Positions 49,125-57,651 of a DNA stretch of 61,217 nt are shown in pieces. Position 1 is the first letter of the stretch, and every line of letters starts with the position of its first letter. The notes beneath the pieces were generated by a model. That model was not told where the DNA came from. It ran no database searches and saw nothing but the letters and a program-made list of their open reading frames with translations. A program made the translations under genes and the position numbers. Source of the stretch: a virus (lineage: Duplodnaviria > Caudoviricetes). Location of the stretch: IMG/VR virus record IMGVR_UViG_3300036835_000105, positions 1 through 61,217 of that record, one strand, 5' to 3'.

Positions 49125-49457
49125 TTAGGCTGGTTTTGAGGTGTGAGCGGCCTTCAAATTAGCCTGTAGCTCATCGAGCTGCTGCTTGATGGAAGCCAGC
49201 TCCTTTCGCTCCTCATCCTGCTTCTTTTGCGCCTCGGTCGCCTCAGGCGGCTCAGGCAGAGAGGGCGGCGTTTTCTCGGCTACCAGCTTCTCCAATTTAT
49301 CGACGATCTCCTGAGCCTGAGAAGCGGCTGCATTTGCGGCACTCAGAAGCCCGTTGGCTTGCGCCACTTGCTCCTGGGTGGGGTCTTTCGGCTTGTCGGG
49401 ATGCTGCTTTACAACGCTGCCCGCGTTTGACTGTGTAGAAGGTTTAGTGTCTGTCAT
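49125..49457 (-). CDS. Coiled-coil hypothetical protein
   Basis: 110 aa Q/K/E/A-rich. Confidence 0.65.
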   Translation of the reverse strand: MTDTKPSTQSNAGSVVKQHPDKPKDPTQEQVAQANGLLSAANAAASQAQEIVDKLEKLVAEKTPPSLPEPPEATEAQKKQDEERKELASIKQQLDELQANLKAAHTSKPA

Positions 49458-50534
49458 ACGTAAGAAAGCATAGCTGCATTCGTAACCGGGAGCAAGCTTG
49501 TATAATTACCACCGAAAGGAGGATGCCGCTAACCAAATACACAGGGACTAGGTCTTTTACACGGACAAGAGGCGCTGGTTGACATATATATGTTGGCCAG
49601 CGCTTTTACTTTCCACCGGCGAGCTTCTGTGGAGCGAAGCCCGAAGGGCTGAGCGGAGCAGAGCGAGCCACTGAGATGTTGAAAGCGAGCCGATGGAGAG
49701 CCACTAAAATGTCGAGCTAACGAGATCCTGGTCCGCAACGGGTCCGACCGGCTCACTCTATAAAACCGGCCAGCCCCGTTGTGTCGGAGGTGAAATAAGG
49801 GTACTCGATTGCGTAATTGGAAGCTAGTACTGGGGCGTAAATAGTCGCAAGTATATAGAAGGATCACCTTCGGTGATCCTTCTTATTAAGTAGCGACTAC
49901 TGGGGCGAGTCCTAGCTTGTGTTGTTTATTACATTTATTTCCCGTGAAATTGCGATTGAGTTGAGGTTACGTGTAGAGTCTACATGGGATGGAAAATTAG
50001 TGGCAATCGAATTTTACTAACCAAAAATTTAACGTCTCTCAAAAAGTTTTATACCTTTCAAGTCAAGTCGGACTCTTAATCGCGCCGCCCCTGGACAACC
50101 CAGGGCTGCCGCGTCGGCTCCTGGTCGGGCCGATCGGGCCGTCCCTATGGGGACAGGACAGGGCTGGTGGGGACAGGGGAGGACAGGACAGGGGCCGAAC
50201 TGTCGATAAGCGACAATATCACCAGTGTTTCGGCCATGGATCGGGACTAAGCGCTAACCAGGGCTGGATGGGCGCTCAATGGCGATTGGCATTAAGCACT
50301 CCCATCCAGATAGCTCCTGACCAGTGCCGGGTAGGACAGGGTACGAAACGGACCAACCCCCACCCCATCCTAGGGGCCGATCGGTACTAGTACGAACGCT
50401 AAATTACCTTTATTTTCAACTAGTAAACCGGCAGTACGTTGACACAAAATCGGCGTCCGTGGTTTGATCGAATTGTGGCAAACGCAATGCCACAAATCAC
50501 ACAGCCCCTCGAGGGGCGGAAAGAGTAGCAGAGT

Positions 50535-50747
50535 ATGGCAGTCGAGAAAACGTTGGTGGACATTGGCACCAACATCCAGGCAGCTTTAGAGGGTGATGTG
50601 CTTGTCCTCCGCATCAAGACCAACGCGAAGGGCGTTCAGTCCAAGTCCGGCAAGAGCATGATTGTGGCGTCCACGTCGGGTTTTACCCGCGTCGGGGCGG
50701 TTCAGGTTGGGGTGAACGTGATTCGCCCGAATGGAGGTGGGGAGTAA
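50535..50747 (+). CDS. Small conserved phage protein
   Basis: SKSGKSMIVASTSGF motif. Confidence 0.75.
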   Translation: MAVEKTLVDIGTNIQAALEGDVLVLRIKTNAKGVQSKSGKSMIVASTSGFTRVGAVQVGVNVIRPNGGGE

Positions 50748-50766
50748 TCCCCATCCCCCGTTTTTT
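50738..50766 (+). terminator. Intrinsic terminator candidate
   Basis: TGGGGA-gtaa-TCCCCA hairpin, C-run and T6. Confidence 0.4.
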
Positions 50767-50787
50767 CGGGGTATTAGGGAGACCACT

Positions 50788-50997
50788 ATGAGCTACAAAG
50801 TCGGAGTAAAGACCAGGGGTGATCAGGACTGGGCCAGCAATGGTCTGCGGTTTGCTACCCGCGAGATTGCCACGGAATACGGCCATGATCTGTTCATGCG
50901 CTGGACGGCGGTTGAAGACTGGGCAGTGCTGGATAGCGAGGAACCAGTCAACACAGATGAACACGGCAAGCTGATTCTGCACAAGGAGGGTCAGTAG
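50788..50997 (+). CDS. Hypothetical early protein
   Basis: GGGAG SD; WASNGLRFATREIA. Confidence 0.7.
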   Translation: MSYKVGVKTRGDQDWASNGLRFATREIATEYGHDLFMRWTAVEDWAVLDSEEPVNTDEHGKLILHKEGQ

Positions 50998-51002
50998 GCA
51001 CT

Positions 51003-51218
51003 ATGTTCTACGAACTAACCCCGGCTTATGGCCGGGACTATAAATCGGCCAAGGAAGTCAAGGCCGCTTTCGAGTCCGGTAAGGACTTCCTGGGCGATTA
51101 CCAGCTGGATTTCGCACTAGTCAACAAAGCACAATTGCCTGTCGGCTCTACCGTCCTGCTGCGCTATAAGCGGAACACCCAGGTCACTACGCTGAAGGTT
51201 AAAGGAGGTGCCCAATGA
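51003..51218 (+). CDS. Hypothetical early protein
   Basis: LTPAYGRDYKSAKEVKAAF.GKDF; GGAGG SD. Confidence 0.75.
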   Translation: MFYELTPAYGRDYKSAKEVKAAFESGKDFLGDYQLDFALVNKAQLPVGSTVLLRYKRNTQVTTLKVKGGAQ

Positions 51219-51868
51219 GGGCACTTCCCGTCAACCTGCCCGATCACGTAGACGAGTGGGCTTATACCATCCACGAGAACCGCATTGCCTTCATCAGGCT
51301 GGAGTACGATCAGGACGCCGAGAACCCCTACCCGAAGGGTGATAGCTACTGTCAGTTCTACAGCTTCAACCGTCGCGACATCAACTACCTAGACCCGTCA
51401 AGCGACGAAGCCCACGCGCTCATGCACGGCAACCCCGATGCTGTCCGGCTCAGCTACTACGAGCACGGCCTTTCGCTATGGTTCGTGGACGGCGTACATC
51501 AGGGCGTGATCCCCGACCGAGAGTGGGACTGCGTCGAAACTGCCGGATTGTGGGTACCCGGCGAAGACTTCAGCTTCCCGAAGGGGCACAAACGCAACCC
51601 CAAACGTCGGGCTTACCTGCTGGCACAAGCCGAGAAATCCTGCGAAACCTACAACCGCTGGGTCAACGGCGAATACGTCGGCTACATTGTCGAAATCTAC
51701 CCTTTGGCACTGGACGACGACGGCTCACCCTACACCAGCCACGACGATTACGGGCACAAAGACCTGCTCTTTGATGACTCCTGCTGGGGCTTCGATGACG
51801 ATGACTACGCCAAAGAACAAGCCGCTGAGGCAGCAGAACGCTACTTGGCTGGGGAGGATTTGCGATGA
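51215..51868 (+). CDS. Acidic hypothetical early protein
   Basis: YYEHG...DSCWGF; ATGA-coupled. Confidence 0.75.
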   Translation: MRALPVNLPDHVDEWAYTIHENRIAFIRLEYDQDAENPYPKGDSYCQFYSFNRRDINYLDPSSDEAHALMHGNPDAVRLSYYEHGLSLWFVDGVHQGVIPDREWDCVETAGLWVPGEDFSFPKGHKRNPKRRAYLLAQAEKSCETYNRWVNGEYVGYIVEIYPLALDDDGSPYTSHDDYGHKDLLFDDSCWGFDDDDYAKEQAAEAAERYLAGEDLR

Positions 51869-52578
51869 GCAAATCCTTCCCTATAACTAACCCGTTGGCT
51901 ATAGCCGCTGAGCGGAGCAACAACGCCAAAATCGGCGCTATGTCGGCTACCTACGCCACGCAGCGCACCTGTCCGGCTACCTGCCCGTTGCGCGATAACG
52001 GCTGCTACGCCGAATCCGGCTTCGTAGGCATTACCACCCGGCGCTTGAACCGGGCCGCGAAACGCCTTCGCAAAGCAGTAGCCTTTAACGCTGCAAAGCA
52101 AGAGGCGCAAGCCATCGACGCACTATCCGGCGCTTATCCGTTACGGCTCCATATCGTCGGAGACTGCACAACGAACCGTGACGCACAACTGCTGTCCAAA
52201 GCAGCTACGCGCTACACCAAGCGCGGCGGATGTAGAGTCTACACCTACACCCATTCCTGGCGCACAATCCGCCGCAAGTCCTGGGGCGTTATCAACGTCC
52301 TGGCTTCTTGCGAAACCCTGGCCCAGGTCAAGGAAGCCCACAAACTGGGCTATGCCGCGTCACTCGTCGTGGCCGAGCATCGGCAGGAGAAGCTCTACAA
52401 ACTCGGGGGTGTAAGGCTTCTCCCCTGTCCGGCTCAAACCAAGCACATCACTTGTTCGGAATGCAGACTCTGCATGAATGACGAGTACTTGCACAAGTCC
52501 AAAACCGTCATAGCCTTCGCGGCTCATGGCGCTAACGCAAACAAAGCAAAGCAGTTAATTCAGATTGGAGTAATATAA
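51865..52578 (+). CDS. Gp88-like Cys-rich protein
   Basis: TCPATCPLRDNGCYA, RLHIVGD, YTYTH, CPAQ, TCSECRLC, IAFAAHG. Confidence 0.7.
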   Translation: MSKSFPITNPLAIAAERSNNAKIGAMSATYATQRTCPATCPLRDNGCYAESGFVGITTRRLNRAAKRLRKAVAFNAAKQEAQAIDALSGAYPLRLHIVGDCTTNRDAQLLSKAATRYTKRGGCRVYTYTHSWRTIRRKSWGVINVLASCETLAQVKEAHKLGYAASLVVAEHRQEKLYKLGGVRLLPCPAQTKHITCSECRLCMNDEYLHKSKTVIAFAAHGANANKAKQLIQIGVI

Positions 52579-52583
52579 GCAAT

Positions 52584-52787
52584 ATGGCAACCGAATGTAC
52601 CGCTTGCGGTAAGCCGTCCTGGCACGATGTCTGTATGGCGTGCGTAATCCAGCGCCATAAGACCGTCCTGAATCGCGGCAAATGTACCTGCCGCAAGGCA
52701 GAGCAGCGACCTCGTGAAGTAGGCAACAACATCCGCCGCTGGATTGCCTGTGACCGCTGCCTGGGTAGCATTAAGCAACTGAACTAA
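52584..52787 (+). CDS. Small Zn-finger protein
   Basis: CTAC, CMAC, CTC, CDRC. Confidence 0.65.
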   Translation: MATECTACGKPSWHDVCMACVIQRHKTVLNRGKCTCRKAEQRPREVGNNIRRWIACDRCLGSIKQLN

Positions 52788-52811
52788 AGCAACTGGAGAG
52801 GAGAAAAGAGT

Positions 52812-53159
52812 ATGGCTTATAACGGCTGGAAGAACTATGAAACCTGGAATGTCGCCTTATGGATCGACAATGAACAGCACACGTACCGCTTGCGCCAATC
52901 CTGGGCACAGGAAGCCTGGGACGAAGCCCAAGCCGACAGGACATTTACCCGCGAGGAACGCGCCACGCTGGACCTGTCCGACAAGATCAAAGAGTATCTG
53001 GACGAGAACAATCCTCTAGGCGATGAGGCTTCTACCTACAGTGACCTGCTGAGCGCGGCATTAGGCGAAGTCGATTGCTACGAAATCGCGGAGCACTGGA
53101 TCGAAGACGTAGACAGGGAAGAGGAAGAGGGAGAGGAGGACCTAGCACATGGTGAGTAA
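52812..53159 (+). CDS. Conserved acidic phage protein
   Basis: YNGWKNYETWNVALWIDNE start; GGAGAGGAG SD. Confidence 0.8.
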   Translation: MAYNGWKNYETWNVALWIDNEQHTYRLRQSWAQEAWDEAQADRTFTREERATLDLSDKIKEYLDENNPLGDEASTYSDLLSAALGEVDCYEIAEHWIEDVDREEEEGEEDLAHGE

Positions 53160-53421
53160 GTACACTATTCGCTCTCGCGAATTTGGCCGGGGTCCGGCTC
53201 ACGTCCAGCGCTCTACCTCCCTCGCCAAGATCCAGCAGATCGTCAAGGACCAATGGCAGGGCGTCGAGTACATGGACGGCCCATCCGGCTTCCACACGGA
53301 CTACTGCACCTGGGTCCTCACCGGCTGCACGCTCTATGATCTCGGCAATCATGCCAGCACGGATCGTAACAGCGACGGCTACTGGCAATGGACCTGGAAG
53401 GACCTGGGAGAGGTTTTATGA
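53149..53421 (+). CDS. Hypothetical protein
   Basis: 90 aa, overlapping start. Confidence 0.6.
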   Translation: MVSKYTIRSREFGRGPAHVQRSTSLAKIQQIVKDQWQGVEYMDGPSGFHTDYCTWVLTGCTLYDLGNHASTDRNSDGYWQWTWKDLGEVL

Positions 53422-53651
53422 CACACTACACCGTTGAAATCGTAACGCGCCACGACCTGACGGGGGTGGCCTACTAGACGTTGCCGAAGTCGCAAAAGCA
53501 CATCCCGCCTGTCGGCTCGATAGAGCCGACCAGCGATGTGCGCCACAAGCTTGCCGGAACGCACTATTACCCGGCACGGGGCGGGTCTCACTGCTACTCA
53601 CCCGCCCCGTTTCTGTCCATGTAGAGTCTACATGGCGCTAAAACTTTTCGC

Positions 53652-53680
53652 TTGATTTGTTGTGGCTATTGTGCCACAAT
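53652..53680 (+). promoter_or_regulatory. Putative sigma70 promoter with overlapping inverted repeat
   Basis: TTGATT-N17-CACAAT with TGn; TTGTGGC-N6-GCCACAA inside; palindrome copy at 53620 just upstream. Confidence 0.5.
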
Positions 53681-53731
53681 TGAGAAATCACCCACTGGTG
53701 ATATTGCTATTATCTACCCTGAGGAGGGCCA

Positions 53732-53998
53732 ATGTTATTGAATCAATTCGATGTTCGGATCTACTCGCAACGTCATGGCCACTTGCCGCATTTCGACCGC
53801 ACCTTCAAGGCACAAAAGGACGCTAAACAGTACAGCCGCCAGCTCTACAGCCGTGGGATGTTATTCGGGCGCAAGGTTGTCGTCTACCAGCAATCGCCGG
53901 ACTACAAACCCGTATACGAGAAGTCCTACTTTGAGCCTGAGGTGACCTGGGACGAGTTGTCCGAGGATGCACGGATCAGGCAGGAGGAAGGAGTTTGA
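53732..53998 (+). CDS. Hypothetical protein
   Basis: GAGGAGG SD. Confidence 0.7.
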   Translation: MLLNQFDVRIYSQRHGHLPHFDRTFKAQKDAKQYSRQLYSRGMLFGRKVVVYQQSPDYKPVYEKSYFEPEVTWDELSEDARIRQEEGV

Positions 53999-54103
53999 AG
54001 CGTTGGCCGCGCAGCTCCAGCACAAGATTGAACGAATCTGGCTGGGATGCAGGAAACGGCGGGAAGCTGGCTATCAAGCGCAATACAGAAAAGGGAGGGA
54101 AGA

Positions 54104-54358
54104 ATGAAACCAAGTGAATACAAGCACATCCGCGCCTGGGGCGCGATGATGCACAGCTTTGAGTACTACATCAGCGACCAGCAGGAGCGGGCCGCACAAG
54201 ATAACGCCCCATTAGACGCCATCTTCAAGGACCACGATGACGGCCACTGGCATACCTACAGCGGCGTGGACAACCAGGACACGCGCTACATCATGGATCA
54301 GCTTCTAACCCAGATGGGCGTAGCGAAGGAGGAGTTACATGGCACTGAAGAAGCGTAA
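54104..54358 (+). CDS. Hypothetical protein
   Basis: GGGAGG SD. Confidence 0.7.
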   Translation: MKPSEYKHIRAWGAMMHSFEYYISDQQERAAQDNAPLDAIFKDHDDGHWHTYSGVDNQDTRYIMDQLLTQMGVAKEELHGTEEA

Positions 54359-54433
54359 GCCTACGCTAGTCGCCTACGAATCGCAGGAGATCAGCCGCAA
54401 GGCTGATCTCCTGCGTATACAAGGAGCACACTC

Positions 54434-54619
54434 ATGACCATAGACGAAAGACTGCAATTCCTGCTGCAATCGACCGAGTCGCTGCACGCCTCCCTCGCCC
54501 TGGAGGTACAAACCCGCCGGGAGCAGGGAGAAGAGCACGATCAGCGCTGGCAGCGGCTCAACAGCGCCATCAAAGCAGCCGTGCTGGCTTACTTTTCAGA
54601 TGGAGGAGCAAATTCATGA
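54434..54619 (+). CDS. Small coiled-coil protein
   Basis: MTIDERLQFLLQSTESLH; AAGGAG SD. Confidence 0.7.
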   Translation: MTIDERLQFLLQSTESLHASLALEVQTRREQGEEHDQRWQRLNSAIKAAVLAYFSDGGANS

Positions 54620-54813
54620 GCGATAGCGTAACGGTAGCGCTTATTACAGGCACTTGCACGGCCTCAACCGCGATTGTATCCATTGCCATTAACACCTTTT
54701 GGATCAATCGCGCTTTCAGCCGCATCGACCGCCGCCTAGAACTGATCGAAGCCGACCTGAAGCAGTTCTACAAGGACATTACCCAGATCAAGCTGAAGAT
54801 TGGCTTGGACTAA
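54616..54813 (+). CDS. Small TM + coiled-coil protein
   Basis: Hydrophobic N-terminus, RIDRRLELIEADLKQF. Confidence 0.7.
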   Translation: MSDSVTVALITGTCTASTAIVSIAINTFWINRAFSRIDRRLELIEADLKQFYKDITQIKLKIGLD

Positions 54814-54829
54814 GAAGGATCAAGGCCAA

Positions 54830-55111
54830 ATGAGTAACACCTCCATGCTTACTTACAACATCGACCCGCTGCTCCAGGTAGCCTCGTTAGTAAATGCCGC
54901 TAACAACAGCCTAAACCTGAGTATCTCGCAGAAAGGCAACAAGACTTACTACAGGGAAACCAAGTTCCGCAAAGCCGGTCTCATACAGGCCGCCATGTGG
55001 ATGCTCATGGCCCTGGACGAAAAGCGCACCAAGCAGCCCCAACCCTTCCTCGACGACGCCGAGGTTGAGCGCCGCTTACGCGACTATCTGGGCCTGAGGG
55101 AGGACCAATGA
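54830..55111 (+). CDS. Hypothetical protein
   Basis: 93-aa ORF coupled to recombinase (ATGA). Confidence 0.55.
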   Translation: MSNTSMLTYNIDPLLQVASLVNAANNSLNLSISQKGNKTYYRETKFRKAGLIQAAMWMLMALDEKRTKQPQPFLDDAEVERRLRDYLGLREDQ

Positions 55112-56079
55112 GCGACTTACCAAGCCACTTACCCAGGCGTCCCGACGACAAGTTCACAGGCGCTTTAGCGCCTGTGAATGCGGAGTCGCTTAGCATAAAC
55201 AGCGCGGAGCCGCTTAGCGTATCCTCCGGTCGGCTGATCAAGGCCGCACTAAGTGGGCTGTCTAACAATTCGTGTAGAGTCTACAGGCGGCACTTAGACG
55301 CATTTATGGCTTGGCTGAAAGTTACTAACTTGCAGCTAACCAGGGAGGTAGTATCCGGCTATCTCGATGCTCATTACGGTCATGATCCGAGTAACTTCAA
55401 TCAGGCTCTGTCGGCTGTCAAGCGGCTGGCTAATCAGGCCGCCCATAACGGCTGGCTGGACTGGCAGATAGCGCACTCGATTGACACCATTAAGAGCAAA
55501 GTGGTAAGGGGAGCGCGGGCTGGTAACTGGCTCTCCCTACCACAGGCCAAGAGGCTGTTGAACGCTCCCGGCACGATTAGCGTATCAGGAAAGCGGGATA
55601 AGGCGGTATTGGCGCTGTTGCTGGGCTGCGGCATCCGGCGCGAAGAGTTATCCGAGGCCCTGGTTAAGCAATTTGCGGAGAGGGAAGGCAGGTATTATCT
55701 GCTGGACCTGCATGGGAAGGGGGGCAGGATCAGGACCGTGGCCGTACCTCCGTGGGCGGTCGAGGTGGTCCTGGAATGGCTGGCGGTGTATGCCGCTAAG
55801 GAGAATGCTCCCCTGGTGTGCAGCTTCCTGTTCAACGGGGGGTTTAGGGGGAAGCTGAGCGTCTCAGCCATCTGGGATATCGTCAGCCACTGGAGCAAAC
55901 GGACTGGCGTGCCGATAGCCCCGCATGACCTGAGGCGAACCTATAGCCGCTTAGCCAGAGATCAGGGAGCGCCTATCGAAGTCATACAGAAGTCGTTGGG
56001 CCACAGTAATATAGCGACTACCCAGCGGTATCTGGGGGCGACCGATCAGGCCAATGCGGGGGACTGGTTCGAGGTATGA
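55108..56079 (+). CDS. Second tyrosine recombinase (Xer/resolvase-like)
   Basis: RDKAVLALLLGCGIRREEL, GKGGRIRTV, PHDLRRT, LGHSNIATTQRY. Confidence 0.92.
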   Translation: MSDLPSHLPRRPDDKFTGALAPVNAESLSINSAEPLSVSSGRLIKAALSGLSNNSCRVYRRHLDAFMAWLKVTNLQLTREVVSGYLDAHYGHDPSNFNQALSAVKRLANQAAHNGWLDWQIAHSIDTIKSKVVRGARAGNWLSLPQAKRLLNAPGTISVSGKRDKAVLALLLGCGIRREELSEALVKQFAEREGRYYLLDLHGKGGRIRTVAVPPWAVEVVLEWLAVYAAKENAPLVCSFLFNGGFRGKLSVSAIWDIVSHWSKRTGVPIAPHDLRRTYSRLARDQGAPIEVIQKSLGHSNIATTQRYLGATDQANAGDWFEV

Positions 56080-56321
56080 AGACCGCCTTATGCGCCTACT
56101 GCGGCAAGACGATCTACTGGGACGAGAAGAGAAGGGAGTGGCGGCACGAGACACCGACACGCGACAATGCGGGGCTGATGTGCGTGAAGGTCTCGTTCGC
56201 CACGCCGCGCAAGACGCCGCGCAAGGGAAGTATTGAGAAATAGCCGTCTTTCGCAATTAGACGAGCAAGGTTGAATTGTCAGGGCCGGGAGGATGCTAGA
56301 TACCTTCCGGCCCTTTCCGTT

Positions 56322-56828
56322 TCAATGGAGATGCCTTTCCGCCCCGAATCGGCGGTTCTCCTTGTGTTCCTCGCAACTGCCCGCCTGCCGCTCAATATCC
56401 CCCTGCCTGCGGAAGTACATCATCTGGCCGCATTCCGTGCATCCGGCTTCCCACATGCCTTCCTCCACCACCCAGCGGGTGACGAAGAGTCTGCCGCAGC
56501 TTTGGTCCTCTAAGCGGACGGCGGGGTGTTTGTGGCGGCGGATGCAGCCGCAGCTGTAAGCGTTGCGGTAGTAGAGCCGGTAGTATTGCTCCCGGAATAG
56601 CTTGCCGCATATGCCTCCCTTCTTGCGCTTGTTGGGCGCGATGCATCTGACGACGTAGTCGCGGTTGGTGCGGCGCTGCGCCGACTTGGCTATCGGCTCC
56701 ACCACCTCCACGTAATTGATCACTTCCCCCGGCTGGAAGCCCCGGCGCACAGCCGGTCCTTCCAGCGTTAGGGGGCTGGTCTTCTCAGCTTCTCTCTCCC
56801 CTGCATGAAATCGTTCGAATATATCCAT
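56322..56828 (-). CDS. Cys-rich hypothetical protein (resembles HNH/AP2-associated N-terminal repeats)
   Basis: GICGK, SCGC, GRLFV, CTECG. Confidence 0.55.
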   Translation of the reverse strand: MDIFERFHAGEREAEKTSPLTLEGPAVRRGFQPGEVINYVEVVEPIAKSAQRRTNRDYVVRCIAPNKRKKGGICGKLFREQYYRLYYRNAYSCGCIRRHKHPAVRLEDQSCGRLFVTRWVVEEGMWEAGCTECGQMMYFRRQGDIERQAGSCEEHKENRRFGAERHLH

Positions 56829-57234
56829 TCCTCAAATTACCACCAAATCGTGTTGTTTATTAACATGTTGCTTATCTATTATTAAGATTAAAAAAAAATA
56901 TATACACTCAATCACTCTCTCTCAGTGTCTCTATACCTGTCGGCGCGGATCATAGTTGTAATAGTGATTTCAACAACACAAATGTGGCAATTTATTGGGT
57001 TTTGTGTAAAGTGATGTTCCGGGAACCACAGTTGTAATAAAGAATTGAATAGTACTAGGAGTTAGTACCGGATCATAAACGTAATAAACTACAGGTTTTG
57101 GCCCAGTTGGACCCAGTCCCCGCTAGTGCCTTACCACTAGCGGAGAGGCCCCGTGTAGAGTCTAGCGATGTGGTATGAATTACATTTGGCGGTAGCGAGT
57201 TTTTCGGTACTAGGCTTGAAAGTTCGGAGGAGCG

Positions 57235-57651
57235 ATGAGACGCTTTGAGGTGTCAGGTCAAGAGATGATTGTGGCGAAAGATAAACAGGAGCTAATCAGC
57301 CAGCCCTCATCTGTGGAGGAGGAGCTGGTCTTAATAGAGCGGGGGGAGGATGCCGTCTTGCATCGCGACCACCTGAGAAGAGGCCGGGGCAGACGCTCTA
57401 TCTTGTTCCCGGACTTGAACATAACCGCTACTGCCGAGAGGTTGGGGATCACCAAAAGTCACTTGGCAAAAGTACTAACCGGCCAAAACAAACCATCCCT
57501 GGCTCTAGCCAAAAAACTGGCAGATGTTTTAAACGTAGATCTTGCATTTGTTGCATTGTTGGGCGACAATGTGATCGCGGATGAACCGAAGCCGCCCACG
57601 AAAAAAACTAGAAAGAGGAACCGAAATGCCGAAAGCTACCCTGGAGTTTGA
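57235..57651 (+). CDS. XRE-family HTH regulator
   Basis: NITATAERLGITKSHLAKVLTGQNKPSLALAKKLADVL. Confidence 0.85.
   Translation: MRRFEVSGQEMIVAKDKQELISQPSSVEEELVLIERGEDAVLHRDHLRRGRGRRSILFPDLNITATAERLGITKSHLAKVLTGQNKPSLALAKKLADVLNVDLAFVALLGDNVIADEPKPPTKKTRKRNRNAESYPGV

Noticed and set aside
49529-49867. 112-aa ORF in the large intergenic region
   Set aside because: No clear SD, atypical composition, overlaps hairpins and repeats; treated as non-coding
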